NCBI GenBank assembly: GCA_950097015.1
Contig: CATNEN010000039.1
Span: 11,842,001-11,906,000, forward strand
Direction: 5' to 3'
Origin: Macrostomum hystrix
Taxonomy: Eukaryota; Animalia; Platyhelminthes
Length of the DNA: 64,000 nucleotides
Under the pieces are notes generated by a model, which was not told the DNA's origin, made no database searches, and saw only the letters and a program-made list of their open reading frames with translations. Shown here in pieces: positions 1-13,387 of the stretch (position 1 is its first letter; every line of letters starts with the position of its first letter). The position numbers and the translations under genes were made by a program.

Positions 1-1057
1 TCTCCCAACATTCCACTCTCCCAACATCCCACTCTCACAACATCCCACTCTCCCAACATTCCACTCTCCCAACATCCCACTCTCCCAACACCTCACCTTC
101 CCAACATCCCACTCTCCAAACACCCCACTCTCCCAACATCCCACTCTCCCAACATCCCACTCTCCCAACATCCCACTCTCCCAACACCTCACTCTCCCAA
201 CATCCCACTCTCCCAACATTCCACTCTCCAAACACCCCACTCTCCCAACATCCCACTCTCCCAACATTCCACTTTCCCAACATTCCACTCTCCCAACATC
301 CCACTCTCCCAACATTCCACTCTCCCAACATTCCACTCTCCCAACATCCCACTCTCCCAACATCCCACTCTCCCAACATTCCACTCTCCCAACATCCCAC
401 TCTCCCAACATCCCACTCTCCAAACACCCCACTCTCCCAACATCCCACTCTCCCAACATCCCACTCTCCCAACATTCCACTCTCCCAACATCCCACTCTC
501 ACAACATCCCACTCTCCCAACATCCCACTCTCCCAACATCCCACTCTCTCAACACCCCACTCTCCCAACATCCCACTCTCCCAACATCCCACTCTCCCAA
601 CATTCCACTTTCCCAACATTCCACTCTCCCAACATCCCACTCTCCCAACATTCCACTCTCCCAACATTCCACTCTCCCAACATTCCACTCTCCCAACATT
701 CCACTCTCCCAACATCCCACTCTCCCAACATCCCACTCTCCCAACATTCCACTTTCCCAACATTCCACTCTCCCAACATCCCACTCTCCCAACATTCCAC
801 TCTCCCAACATTCCACTCTCCCAACATTCCACTCTCCCAACATTCCACTCTCCCAACATTCCACTCTCCCAACATTCCACTCTCCCAACATTCCACTCTC
901 CCAACATTCCACTCTCCCAACATTCCACTCTCCCAACATTCCACTCTCCCAACATTCCACTCTCCCAACATTCCACTCTCCCAACATTCCACTCTCCCAA
1001 CATTCCACTCTCCCAACATCCCACTCTCCCAACATCCCACTGTCCCAACACCCCACT
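1..1057. repeat. Minisatellite, 16-bp unit (ACTCTCCCAACATTCC)
   Basis: Directly visible tandem array; explains the GMLGEW ORFs. Confidence 0.95.
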
Positions 1058-1964
1058 CTGATAAAATCCTTGTCTTCCAGCATCCAAATACCTCAGAATC
1101 CTGTGATGTAGCCGTACCATCCAGCTGTGTAGCCATTATAAATGTAGTCATTTCTATTTCGATAAATTCCTTGTCTCCAAGTGATAATGATAAATCCAAA
1201 TGATAGTGCACTAACGCGGGACCAGATCCCACCCTATTCAGTAGGCTTATTTCAATCTTAAATTATTGATTAATATTAAAAGGGCCGGCATGGGTTCTAA
1301 ACGACTCTAACTAAACGTGAGCTTTTAATATTTCAGCTGCGGGTGGAGTTAAGTTTTCCGGAAAATATAAGCTGAAATAACACCGGAGAGTAGTTTGGGA
1401 GTTTTTGGTCAGGTGCCCCACCCGGCGGCATATTTTGTAATCTGCCCAGTCATGTTAAACAAAAAATCGTCAAGAAATCGAAACCAAGGTAGAATTGGCG
1501 GCAGTTTCAGTCGGCAGACGACTAAACAGCTGCCTTTTAGAAGCGACGAGAAAAAGAATTGATAATAATAAAATTGTGCCACAATAGTGGCAAAGTTTAA
1601 CTTTGCCAATCCAATTTGAGAGCTGATTTAAAAGTACTCGCCGATTGATGATGATGGCTGTGTCAGTCCACAATAAGTAAATATATAATATTGAGTACAA
1701 TATATTATTATTTACAGACCAATCGGCGCCAAAACGCTTTCTATAAGCCTATCATCGTATAAAGGCCTGAGTCTGAGTCTGAATCTGACCCTGAGTCTGA
1801 ACTACAGTCGGTATCAAGCTGTTTGTCACGAATCCCTTCAGATATATACTTCCTCCGTCTATAAAGTCATCTCGAATACTGACTATTGCATCTCACTAAG
1901 TATGTTTAAAGTAGTTTTCTAATTTTCTCTAACTTTTTCTACTCTTCTCCTACTCGATTCTCAC

Positions 1965-2632
1965 CCGCCATTTCTACCCCTCCTTCTCAACTCTCACGCA
2001 CCATTTCTACCCCCTCCTTCTCAATTCTTACCCATTATTTCTACCCCCCTCCTTCTCAACTCTCACGCACCATTTCTACCCCCCTCCTTCTCAATTCTTA
2101 CCCATTATTTCTACCCCCCTCCTTCTCAACTCTCACGCACCATTTCTACCCCCTCCTTCTCAACTCTCACGCACCATTTCTACCCCCCTCCTTCTCAACT
2201 CTCACGCACCATTTCTGCCCCCCTCCTTCTCAATTCTTACCCATTATTTCTACCCCCCCTCCTTCTCAATAGTTACCCACCATTTCTACCCCCTCCTTCT
2301 CAACTCTCACGCACCATTTCTACCCCCCTCCTTCTCAACTCTCACCCACCATTTCTACCCCCTCCTTCTCAATTCTTACCCATTATTTCTACCCCCCTCC
2401 TTCTCAACTCTCACGCACCATTTCTACCCCGCTCCTTCTCAACTCTCACGCACCATTTCTACCCCCCTCCTTCTCAACTCTCACGCACCATTTCTACCCC
2501 CCTCCTTCTCAACTCTCACGCACTATTTCTACCCCCCTCCTTCTCAATAGTTACCCACCACATCTCCTTCTCAATTGTTACCCACCATTTCTACCATCTC
2601 CTTCTCAATTGTTACCCACCATTTCTACCCCT
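1965..2632. repeat. Minisatellite, ~35-bp unit (CTACCCCCTCCTTCTCAACTCTCACGCACCATTT)
   Basis: Tandem array visible. Confidence 0.9.
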
Positions 2633-3171
2633 CAGCGTCACAATTATCACTGATATCTTCTTAAAGTTACGAAAGGTTATAAAAAGTAAAATTTAATCAG
2701 GATTCTAGTGATGAAGGAGCAGTAATTGAGTAAGAATAAGCTTATAGTAATACTTCAGAAAGGAATTCTGCTATGTTCCAGAAGATTCCCAAAAATTTGA
2801 TGTGGTTGGCCCTCTACTTTTTATTATGCAGCCTGCGACCATCTCCTGCCCAGTCGGCCGATAAAAAAATTGGCGGATAAATAAAATGCAAATTCTATTC
2901 GCTGCCAAGGAGGCAGAGCGCGTGCTGCTTACCGAAAAGCCAGATTTTGCTCGCAGAAGGAAAAGCGAGAGACATACACAGAGTTGAGTATGAGGGTCAG
3001 GGCGCGGTCAAGGCGTCCATCGAGTGTTGCTGTTGTTGTTGTACTCAAAAGTGATTCAGACGATCAGTGATATTCGACTTTGCGCTGGACATGCTAAATC
3101 CCTGCATGTTTTTAGATTACCAGATCAGAAAATTTATTGGCCAATATATGCAAATGAAGTAAATTCGAATT

Positions 3172-3803
3172 GAATAGAATAGCAAAGAATAGAATAGAAT
3201 AGAATAGAATGAAATAGAATAGAATAGAATGAAATAGCATAGAATAGAATAGAATAGAATAGAATAGAATAGAATAGAATAGAATAGAATAGAATAGAAC
3301 TGAATCGAAGCGAATATAATAGAATAGAAAATAATAGAATAAAATAGAATAGAATAGTATACAATAGAATCGAATAGAATGGAATAGAATAGATTGGAAT
3401 AGAATAGAATAGAATAGAATAGAATCGAATAGAATACAATACAATAGAATAGAATAGAATGGAATAGAATAGATTGGAATATAATAGAATAGAATAGATA
3501 GAATAGAATAGGATAGAATAGAATAGAATAGAACTGAATCGAAGCGAATATAATAGAATAGAAAATAATAGAATAAAATAGAATAGAATAGAATACAATA
3601 AAATAGAATAGAATGGAATAGAATAGATTGGAATAGAATAGAATAGAATAGAATAGAATAGAATAGAATAGAATAGAATAGAATAGAATAGAACTGAATC
3701 GAAACGAATTGAATAGAATAGAATGGAATAGAATAGATTAGAATAGAATAGAATAGAATAGAATAGAAAAGAAATTAATACAATTTAATAGAATAGAATA
3801 GAA
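3172..3803. repeat. (AATAG)n microsatellite
   Basis: Pentanucleotide repeat. Confidence 0.95.
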
Positions 3804-4559
3804 GAGACATGGATGGGACAGCTAGTGTAGCAGTATAGGTCGCTACTTTGAGCAGTAGGAGTTTTAAATTAAAATGTATTTTTGTGATGTCACATTTTTT
3901 AAAAAAAGAAGCAATTTCCTTCAGACTTTACAATTAATTACCAGAAAATAATCGAACAGCCAGTAACAATACCGTTGCCAATCGCGAATGAAAAAAAAAC
4001 GAAGTTGAATTTTATAGTTTTTTTTGTTTAAATAAATAAAGTTTTTTGGTTTTCAAAAAATTAATAAACGTGAAAGGAATGTGCTGCTGCAGCAACAGCT
4101 AAACAAATATGAACAGATTTTAATTGTCGAATTTATGCGGTTAAAATGAAAGCAGCCGAGTTCAAATCAGACGCAAAGCGGTTTAAATCTGGTTAAAGTA
4201 CAGCAGAAGGTTAAGCGTTCTCTGTACCTTGAATGAGCTTTTTCAATCCGTCTAGTTTTTATTACGAGCTATTATATTTACTTCTAACAACTAACCACTC
4301 GGATTCAATTCTATGCTTTACAACATAAAATGTTAGGTTATATGCATAGCTTTCTAAAATGCCAGTACGATATTACTGTCGCAGTCCATATCTGATAATT
4401 AATCCTTTATAACAATAGACACGTTGCGGTACAATTTTATGCACAGACATGGGTAATCTCCGGTGGCAGAGTTCGATTAAAATTGTTCGCTAAAGTGCGT
4501 GACAACTAAGGGCAGATGGAAGGTGTGAGGACTGGAAAATAGAACTGGAGATTAACTTA

Positions 4560-4930
4560 GGGGTGAGAAATGGGGTAAGTATCGAAGGGTGAGAAATATG
4601 AGGTAGAATCGAGGGGTGAGAAATATGGGGTAGAATCGAGGGGTGAGAAATATGGGAGTAGAATCGGGGAGTGAGAAATATGGGCGTAGAATCAGGGGGT
4701 GAGAAATATGGGGGTAAAATCAGGGGGGTGAGAAATATGGGGGTAAAATCAGGGGGGTGAGAAATATGGGGGTAAAATCGGGGGGTGAGAAATATGGGGG
4801 TAGAATCGGGGGGTGAGAAATATAGGGGTAGAATCGGGGGGTGAGAAATATGGGGGTAGAATCGGGGAGGTGAGAAATATGGGTGAGAGTCTAGGGGTGA
4901 GAAAGTGGAATATTGAGGGGTGAGAAATAT
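4560..4930. repeat. Minisatellite, ~28-bp G-rich unit (GGGGGTGAGAAATATGGGGGTAGAATC)
   Basis: Tandem array. Confidence 0.85.
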
Positions 4931-5035
4931 TCGAGGAAGTATCGGGGTGTGAGAAGTTAGGATAGATTCAAAGATACGACAGCACAGGTAGGTAGATAAG
5001 CTGATTTTATTCAACACAAACAACACAATTGACAG

Positions 5036-5174
5036 CTGGATCAGCTGGCCTACTTTGTCTCCCTGTCCGTCAACCTGGCTCTGATTCTCATCGGCAACCT
5101 GGCTCTGCTCGGTCATGTCGCCGGCCGGCCAAAGAGTCGCATGATTCATTTCCTCACCAACATGGCGGTTGCGG
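5036..5174 (+). CDS. Class A neuropeptide GPCR (CCAP/NPS/vasopressin-oxytocin receptor family), TM1-TM2 exon; upstream N-terminal exon not located
   Basis: cag|CTG...GCG G|gtgagt; translates LDQLAYFVSLSVNLALILIGN...KSRMIHFLTNMAVA, with the TM1 GN and family SRM motif. Confidence 0.85.
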
Positions 5175-5344
5175 GTGAGTTCTGCCTTGCAGCTCTAACT
5201 CAACAGAGAGACTTCTTTGCATTTTGGTCGCGCTTTGAAGGCAGCTTTAAATTTATCTGCGTTTTTTGCTTATTTAATTAACTTGGCTATCGTATATATA
5301 AGCATTCTTATTTCTACTTCTTTCTTATCACTTGCTTCGTTTCC

Positions 5345-6705
5345 CGCCTCTCTTCTCTCCTCTCCTCTGTCCTGTGTCCTCTGTCCTCTCTCCTCTCTCC
5401 TCTGTCCTGTGTCCTTTGTCCTCTTTCCTGTGTCCTCTGTCCTGTGTCCTGTTCCTCTGTCCTGTGTCCTGTGTCCTCTGTCCTCTGTCCTCTCTCCTCT
5501 GTCCTGTGTCCTTTGTCCTCTTTCCTGTGTCCTCTGTCCTGTGTCCTGTTCCTCTGTCCTGTGTCCTGTGTGCTCTGTCCTCTGTCCTCTGTCCTGTGTC
5601 CTCTGTCCTCTGTCATGTGTCCTCTGTCCTCTGTCCTCTCTCCTCTGTCCTCTGTCCTGTGTCCTCTGTCCTGTGTCCTTTGTCCTGTGTCCTGTGTGCT
5701 CTGTCCTCTGTCCTCTGTCCTCTCTCCTCTGTCCTCTGTCCTGTGTCCTCTGTCCTCTGTCCTCTCTCCTCTGTCCTCTGTCCTGTGTCCTCTGTCCTGT
5801 GTCCCCTGTCCTCTGTCCTCTGTTCTGTGTCCTCTGTCCTATGTCCTCTGTCATGTGTCCTTTGTCCTGTGTCCCTTGTCCTCTGTCCTCTGTCCTCTGT
5901 TCTGTGTCCTCTGTCCTCTGTCCTGTGTCCTCTGTCCTGTGTCCCCTGTCCTCTGTCCTCTGTCCTCTGTCCTCTGTTCTGTGTCCTCTGTCCTGTGTCC
6001 CCTGTCCTCTGTCCTCTGTCCTGTGTCCCCTGTCCTCTGTCCTCTGTCCTCTGTCCTCTGTTCTGTGTCCTCTGTCCTGTGTCCCCTGTCCTCTGTCCTC
6101 TGTCCTGTGTCCCCTGTCCTCTGTCCTCTGTCCTCTGTCCTCTGTTCTGTGTCCTCTGTCCTGTGTCCTCTGTCCTCTGTCCTGTGTCCCCTGTCCTCTG
6201 TCCTCTGTCCTCTGTCCTCTGTTCTGTGTCCTCTGTCCTGTGTCCCCTGTCCTCTGTCCTCTGTCCTGTGTCCCCTGTCCTCTGTCCTCTGTCCTCTGTC
6301 CTCTGTTCTGTGTCCTCTGTCCTGTGTCCCCTGTCCTCTGTCCTCTGTCCTGTGTCCCCTGTCCTCTGTCCTCTGTCCTCTGTCCTCTGTTCTGTGTCCT
6401 CTGTCCTGTGTCCTCTGTCCTCTGTCCTCTGTCATGTGTCCTTTGTCCCCTGTCCTGTGTCCTCTGTCCTGTGTCCCTTGTCCTCTGTCCTCTGTTCAGT
6501 GTCCTCTGTCCTCTGTCCTGTGTCCTCTGTCCTGTGTCCCCTGTCCTCTGTCCTCTGTCCTCTGTCCTCTGTTCTGTGTCCTCTGTCCTGTGTCCCCTGT
6601 CCTCTGTCCTCTGTCCTGTGTCCCCTGTCCTCTGTCCTCTGTTCTGTGTCCTCTGTCCTGTGCCCTCTGTCCTCTGTCCTCTGTTCTGTGTCCTCTGTCC
6701 TCTCT
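5345..6705. repeat. 7-bp microsatellite (TGTCCTC)n, intronic
   Basis: Tandem array; source of the CPLSSVL ORFs. Confidence 0.95.
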
Positions 6706-7416
6706 ATGCTCTTTGGTCTCTCCTGTCTACTCTCTTGTCGAGATAAGATATTCAGAGCTTTGCCTCTGAATAGAAATTTCCAGAATCTGAAAAGTCCGCA
6801 CGTGACATTGCTTCTTGGCATCTGAAATAATTGCTTCCATTAATTTGCTGACGCAGAGAAAAATCTAGCCAGATGTTACCAAGCTGTTTGTTTGGCTGCT
6901 TGGAGAAATTCTTGTGTCAGCGGTCTAGTCTTTTACCTGGGGAGCGGGGATACACCGTTGATTTACAAGCAAACTTTTCACGTTTTAGTTATAAAAAGAT
7001 CAGCTGAAGTTCCAGACGAACACGTCTGACAGCTCCGCCAGGTCTAGCCTCCCAATATCCCGTTCGACTGGAAATGATCATTTTTCCTAGAGCTCAATTT
7101 CGCAAAAAAAAATAAAAATTGATGAAATCCTAAAGTGGATCCCGGACACTTCATGCAGCCACAGTTGAAGCCAGCTGGCCAGACCAAATTTGGCAAACTT
7201 ATTAAGGCCGCTGATTCTGCAAGCACTCTCGAACAGCTCGCCAACCCCACCCCATACTCATCCGCTGAGTGTTGATGCCTAGTATCAATAGATGAGCTTG
7301 GATAGTTCGGTTGAAACCTCAGAGACCACAGTTGGTTGGTTGGGATCTGTGACTGCTTCGTTATCCACACATCCCCTCACCAGTTATCCCTGTGTTTCCT
7401 TCCTCCCGCAATGTCC

Positions 7417-7450
<34 letters not shown>

Positions 7451-7926
7451 TGGACTCATTTGCAACTCAGAATCCGCTAAGTCAGCTAGAAGAGGGAGGC
7501 AGCTCCCTACCTCTCTCTCTGTCTGTCCCTCTCAACGACTGGTCCCGCATGAGTTTTGACAGCTTGGAATACAGTCTGGCCCTCACAGTTTGTTGCACAC
7601 CAAAAATGCTATTCACCCAGTCGCCACTTAATTTATCCAGACATTTTTTTGGCGTATCGCCTGAAGGCTATGTTGGGTGGTTTTTTACAGGTGTAAATTA
7701 AACGCCTCGGGGGTTCAGGGCTTCCCATTAATACATTTGACCGTGCGAGCAATAGCCACACCTTTGACCAGCCGGTTCATTGCCTCCTCTAGCTAAAAGA
7801 CTGTTCACTAATTCACTCGGCTTGTGCTTGCACTTTACAATTATGACTAAACAAAAGGCTAGGGCTGTGTTTTAGCTTTCATCAGTCCGAATAACCGACG
7901 TGGCACATAAAATCCCACCCCTGCAG

Positions 7927-8030
7927 ACCTCTCTGTTGGTCTATTCGCCGTGCTGCCGCAGATTGTGGACCGCACTCTAATGGAATTTCACGGACCCGAA
8001 CTGCTGTGCAAGGCCAAGTGGCTGCTACAG
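7927..8030 (+). CDS. GPCR exon, TM2-ECL1-TM3 start
   Basis: (G)AC... translates DLSVGLFAVLPQIVDRTLMEFHGPELLCKAKWLLQ; phase matches the preceding exon; donor gtgagc. Confidence 0.9.
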
Positions 8031-8039
8031 GTGAGCTTC

Positions 8040-9350
8040 AGTAATCTTCAATAGTCGGGGTGTCTTCAGCCATTGTTTCCATCATCAGGGTGTCCTCAGC
8101 CATTGTTTCAATCATCAAGTTGTCCTTAGAAATTGATTCAATCATCAGGGTGTCCTCAGCCATTGTTTCAATCATCAGGTTGTCCTTAGCCATTGTTTCA
8201 AACATCGGTGTTTCCTCAGCCATTGATTCAATAATCGGGGTGTCCCCAGCCATTGTTTCAATCATCAGGGTGTCCTAAGCCATTGATTCAATCATCAGGG
8301 TGTCCGCAGCCATTGTTTCAATAATCGGGGTGTCCCCAGCCATTGTTTCAATCATCAGGGTGTCCTCAGCCATTGTTTCAATACTCGGTGTGTCCTCAGC
8401 CATTGTTTCAATCATCAGGGTGTCCTCAGCCATTGTTTCAATACTCGGTGTGTCCTCAGCCATTGTTTCAATCATCAGGGTGTCCTCAGCCATTTTTTCA
8501 ATCATCAGGGTGTCCTCAGCCATTGTTTCAATCATCAGGGTGTCCTCAGCCATTGTTTCAATCATCAGGTTGTCCTTAGCCATTGTTTCGGTCATCAGGG
8601 TGTCCTCAGCCATTGTTTCAATCATCAGGGTGTCCTCAGTCATTGTTTCAATCATCAGGGTGTCCTCAGCCATTGTTTCAATCATCAGGGTGTCCTCAGT
8701 CATTGTTTCAATCATCAGGTTGTCCTTAGCCATTATTTCAAACATCGGTGTTTCCTCAGCCATTGATTCAATAATCGGGTGTCCCCAGCCATTGTTTCAA
8801 TCATCAGGGTGTCCTCAGCCATTGTTTCAATCATCAGGGTGTCCTTAGTCATTGTTTCAATCATCACGTTGTCCTTAGCCATTGTTTCAAACATCGGTGT
8901 TTCCTCAGCCATTGATTCAATAATCGGGGTGTCCCCAGCCATTGCTTCAATCATCAGGGTGTCCTCAGCCATTGTTTCAATCATCAGGGTGTCCTCAGCC
9001 ATTGTTTCAATCATCAGGTTGTCCTTAGCCATTGTTTCAATCATCGGTGTGTCCTCAGCCATTGTTTCAATCATCGGTGTGTCCTCAGCCATTGTTTCAA
9101 TCATCAGGGTGTCCTCAGCCATTGATTCAATAATCGGGGTGTCCTTAGCCATTGTTTCAATACTCGGTGTGTCCTCAGCCATTGTTTCAATCATCAGGGT
9201 GTCCTCAGCCATTGATTCAATCATCAGGGTGTCCTCAGCCATTGATTCAATAATCGGGGTGTCCTCAGCCATTGTTTCAATCATCAGGGTATCTTCTATA
9301 CCTACTCCAGTAACCTGGGGTGTCTTCAATACCCTCTCATGTCATCTGGG
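8040..9350. repeat. Minisatellite, 30-bp unit (CATTGTTTCAATCATCAGGGTGTCCTCAGC), intronic
   Basis: Tandem array filling almost the whole intron. Confidence 0.95.
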
Positions 9351-9429
9351 TGTCTTCAACCTCTACCCAACGGACGTCGCTATAAAGTACAGTCAATCAA
9401 AGCTGCAGCGATCGCGAACCACTCCGCAG

Positions 9430-9529
9430 ACTCTGGTGGCGTATGCGGCCCCTTATTCTCTGGTCGCGTTGAGCATCGACAGGGTGGATGCCATTGTTAA
9501 GCCGCTGATAGCTAGCACATCGAAGAGAG
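9430..9529 (+). CDS. GPCR exon, TM3-ICL2
   Basis: TLVAYAAPYSLVALSIDRVDAIVKPL, resembling the CCAP/NPS-receptor LVALSIDRYDAI motif; AG/GT bounded. Confidence 0.9.
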
Positions 9530-9616
9530 GTCTGTGATCGCGTAGTTCTAGAGTTATTTTAGCTTTTAATGCTATTAGAAAGATAGCAAAAACGGCAATA
9601 AACTTCATACTTTTAG

Positions 9617-9789
9617 CCCTACAGACCGGCTGCATCATTGGCGGAGCTTGGTTAATAAGCTTCATCTCCAGCTGCCCGAACCTGCTGTGGGCCAGCGTCC
9701 TGCATCACAGAAACTTTGGCAGGCAGTGCAGCCTGCGCTACGGGTCAACTGGCAATGCGACTCGCGAGGAGAAGGAGCAGTTCTGGAGG
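9617..9789 (+). CDS. GPCR exon, TM4-ECL2
   Basis: LQTGCIIGGAWLISFISSCPNLLW...RQCS...QFWR; W4.50 and ECL2 Cys present; phase consistent. Confidence 0.85.
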
Positions 9790-9864
9790 GTGCGTCTGAT
9801 TGGTTGGCGATAATGGGGTTGGCCGCTGTCAAAGAGAAATGTTTGATTTGTGGCATATGAAAGA

Positions 9865-10345
9865 TATAGTGGGGTTGGCGATTGATGAAAGAGATAGTGG
9901 GGTTGGCGATTGATGAAAGAGATAGTGGGGTTGGCGGCTGATCAAAGAAATAGTGGGGTTGGCGGCTGGTCAAAGAGATTGCTTAGTTGGCGATTGATGA
10001 AAGAGATAGTGGGGTTGGCGGCTGATCAAAGAAATAGTGGGGTTGGCGGCTGGTCAAAGAGATTGCTTGGTTGGCGGCTGATCAAAGAGATAGTGGGGTT
10101 CGCGATCGATCAAAGAGATAGTGGGGTGGACAGCTGGTCAAAGAGATTGCTTGGTTGGCGGCTGATCAAAGAGTGGGGTTGGCGGCTGATCAAAGAGATA
10201 GTGGGGTTGGCGGCTGATCAAAGAGATTGCTTGGTTGGCGGCTGATCAAAGAGATAGTGGGGTTGGGGATCGATCAAAGAGATGGTTGGGTTGGCGATTG
10301 ATCAAAGAGATAGTGGGGTGGGCATGCAGCTGGTCAAAGAGAAAT
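9865..10345. repeat. Minisatellite, 28-bp unit (GAGATAGTGGGGTTGGCGGCTGATCAAA), intronic
   Basis: Tandem array. Confidence 0.9.
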
Positions 10346-10427
10346 TTTAGAGGTTGGCGGTAGATAGAAGTGACAGCGATTGAATGTAGTCAAAGACTGC
10401 AAATGTAAAGGATCTCACTGTCATTAG

Positions 10428-10677
10428 ATTCATGTGACAACCAACCTGGTGACTATGATCGTGCTGCCAGTGACGATTGTGGCCATCTGTCACATTGTGC
10501 TAGTGGTGAAGATCTTCCAGTCAAGCAGGGGGCCAAAGCTGACCTCCAGGCGTGGCGAAACGTCAAGGAGGTCCGGCGCTGCAGCCGCCACCGAGACCAA
10601 CTGTCGAGTGTCGAATCGCAATGCTGTCAGCCGGGCGAAAGTGAAGACCGTGAAAGTCACGTGCACCATCGTGTCAG
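10428..10677 (+). CDS. GPCR exon, TM5-ICL3-TM6 start
   Basis: IHVTTNLVTMIVLPVTIVAICH...VSRAKVKTVKVT, the family SRAKxKTVK motif. Confidence 0.9.
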
Positions 10678-11895
10678 GTGGGCTGCTGCTTGTTTAATTA
10701 GATTTTAATTAATTAGTTTGAATTCCACGTGTCGATCTTCCCCAAATTTATATATCCCATATTTCCCATATCGACTTTCCCTGAATCAATTTGACAATGT
10801 TGTCCATTGTGAGTGCTACCTTAACTCTATCTAATCTCCATAGCAACTGATTTCTGCACGGTGAGTTTAAGCGAGGTAAAGCCTTAATATGCAGAATTCG
10901 CTGCACTCCATTCAAGCTAGGCTAAACGGTCTTTTCACCAAGGCAATTTACGAATCCAAGTGATTTTCCGTGACCAGAGATCCATTAGACCATTAGTAGC
11001 CATCCAAAAAGGAATTAGCGCTTTATGAGTTCCCTCAGGATGCGGTAGACACCCTATTTCTCCAGAATGGCCTAAGCCGTTTAAAAAAAGACAATTCTCG
11101 CGATTTAAATTCCAGAAAACTCCACCGACGCGAGTGGAGATTAAGAAAAAGGCGAATTAGTTTGTACTTTAAAGTTGGCCACCCCTGTTCTAGTCTCTCG
11201 ACCGATCAATGATTGAGTCAGGGTTCTCTCAATATCAGTGTGTCCCTTGGAGAAGTGTTAGCTTTTAAGAAAAAGTAAACTATATGAGTGGCCTCTCAAT
11301 CATTTTCTTGCCTAAAATTCTCAGCCCTGTCTGTCATTTTTTATCTATTTAAGGTCACTAAGCTGCTAAACAGTGTGCTTTTTGTAGAAAGCGCAAACAC
11401 ATTTGCAAGACCGTTAGTGGTGCTTCGCTTGCTGTTAACGCTCTTAAAGAGCGTTACATCATTTGTAAGATTTTTTCGTCCCAAAAAGCTGGTAGCTGAT
11501 TTATTGTCCTTAAAAGGTAATGGTCGAAGATCGAACGCTTTCATTTGTTAAAAGCAAAAAAACTGACTCTAATGCTCACTAAAATTCCAGTACTTTTGTT
11601 CCGTAAATTTTTGCATAACTTGGTACTTTTAGTTCCATTCTTCTAGTTTTTTATAAGATTCTTTATGCGAATCCAGCTGCGATTCTTGCTACGATTTTAG
11701 CTGCGATTCCTGCTGAAGTCCAGCTGCCATTTCTGCTACAATTCTGACGATGATTCTTGCCAATATTCTGCTTTATCTTTTTTATCCCAGCTCTGATTCT
11801 GGCTACGACTCCGATTGAATCTTGGATATGATTTCAGTTGCGACGCTTGTTATGAATCTTGACGACAATGCTTGCTACGACTATGGTTGAATTGA

Positions 11896-12186
11896 GGGGG
11901 TTCAGTCAGAGTGGTCTAACGTGTTTGCCTCTCGCACCAAGGACCCTGAGCTCGATTCCGCGGCGATGCCACATTCATTTGAGGCGAGAAGGCAGGGGGA
12001 AGGCTTGTCGAGCAATTTCGTGCAATGTTGTCGAGCCAACCTCCAAGACACTGACGATGAGAAAGTCAGTACAGATGTACAAACCTGTGTGAGTGTATGC
12101 CTACATGGGGCTGTGTGCGCGTGCGCTCAGGAGTCAGCGAAACGGGCAGAATAGCCTTCTCTCTGGCTGCGGGTCTAGTGTCACCA
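11896..12186 (+). mobile_element. tRNA-derived SINE, family 1, copy A
   Basis: tRNA-like head with CTCGATTCC B-box; body collinear with 18315-18657 and 41680-41950. Confidence 0.75.
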
Positions 12187-12378
12187 ATGATGCGCAATGT
12201 CCAGCATCAAATATTTTTATTTTTACTGATTGAATTTTCGTATGATTCTAGCTATGCTAACAGTCTCGCAAGAACTTATTCTAGGATATAGGGAATGATT
12301 CCGATGATGGCAGTTTATTCCGACAGATTTCTCATTTGCAAAGACTTTAGCTAAAAACCGCATTCCGTAAATTTTTAG

Positions 12379-12473
12379 TGTTCATTCTCTGCTGGCTGCC
12401 ATTCACAATCGGGAATTTCCTGGACGTATTCAAGGCCGCCAAAGTCTCGCTGCACACCAAAGTGATCATTCAG
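12379..12473 (+). CDS. GPCR exon, TM6-ECL3
   Basis: VFILCWLPFTIGNFLDVF...VIIQ, with the CWxP motif. Confidence 0.9.
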
Positions 12474-12908
12474 GTGGAGTTCATTTATTCATTTAATGTT
12501 GTTTATTGATATTTAATTATTCGAGCTTAAACGATGAAATAAACGAATAAAGCGACGATCGTTTTCTTACCTAATTCTAGTGACATTTATGAAATCTATC
12601 GTTTCTCATACAATTCTAGTGGCAATATACAATTCTGATAGTTTTCGTTTTTATTACTGAATTCTAAAGTCTATGATGATAGTTATCGCTTTATTACCCA
12701 ATTCTTGCGGCTACGATGATCTCTATCGTTGTATTACATAATTCTAGTGGCTACGATGATCTCTATCGTTGTATTACATAATTCTAGTAGCTACGATGAT
12801 GGCTGCTGTTTTCCCAATTCTAGCGGCTACGGTGATTGCTATAGTTTTTTACACCATTTTAGAGGCTACGATGAAAGCTATTGTTTTCTTTCCAAATCTC
12901 ATTCACAG

Positions 12909-12967
12909 ACTCTCGGAACGCTTAATTCGGCAGCGAATCCTATCATATTTTTTATCTTCAACTACAA
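12909..12967 (+). CDS. GPCR exon, TM7
   Basis: TLGTLNSAANPIIFFIFNY; donor gtgagt. Confidence 0.9.
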
Positions 12968-13387
12968 GTGAGTATTCCGCCGACTTCTACTTCTTTGATT
13001 TTCTATCAGATAGGAATTAATTTATCCACTACTTTGAAAAATTATTAGAACGATGATTCAAAGAGTAAACCAACCATTTACGAAATCATCCCTTACCAGT
13101 TTGAAGATTTTTGAGCAATCATCTGCCACCGTTTAGAAAATCATCACCACAGTTAAAAAGCAATCACATATCGTTGAATAATTATCAACCCTCCAGTTAA
13201 AAAATATTCCCTAGCAGCTGCAAATTATTGATTTTAGAAAAAGCTAGCTAAATAGTTAGAAAATTACCCTAATCAGTTAGCGAGCTTCTTCTCCTCATCG
13301 GTTGTCAAGGTATCAAGCTATCAGTTTATCAGTTTGACAGACTCACCATGACAGTTGTGAGTTTGCCCACACTACTGATGCCCGCAG

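Noticed and set aside
4419-4495. Possible first coding exon of the GPCR
   Set aside because: A plausible donor at 4496, but no in-frame ATG or family similarity; cannot be supported.
7336-7701. Poly-Ala ORF in the GPCR intron
   Set aside because: Driven by a (GCT)n run; no recognisable domain, and the flanking exons join in phase without it.
35-9329. Long repetitive ORFs (GMLGEW, YSILF, CPLSSVL, IETMAED and similar ones elsewhere)
   Set aside because: They are translations of stop-poor tandem repeats, open in several frames or strands, and many lie inside introns of real genes.
11170-11186. hAT-type TIR (TTGGCCACCCCTG)
   Set aside because: No partner TIR or TSD found.
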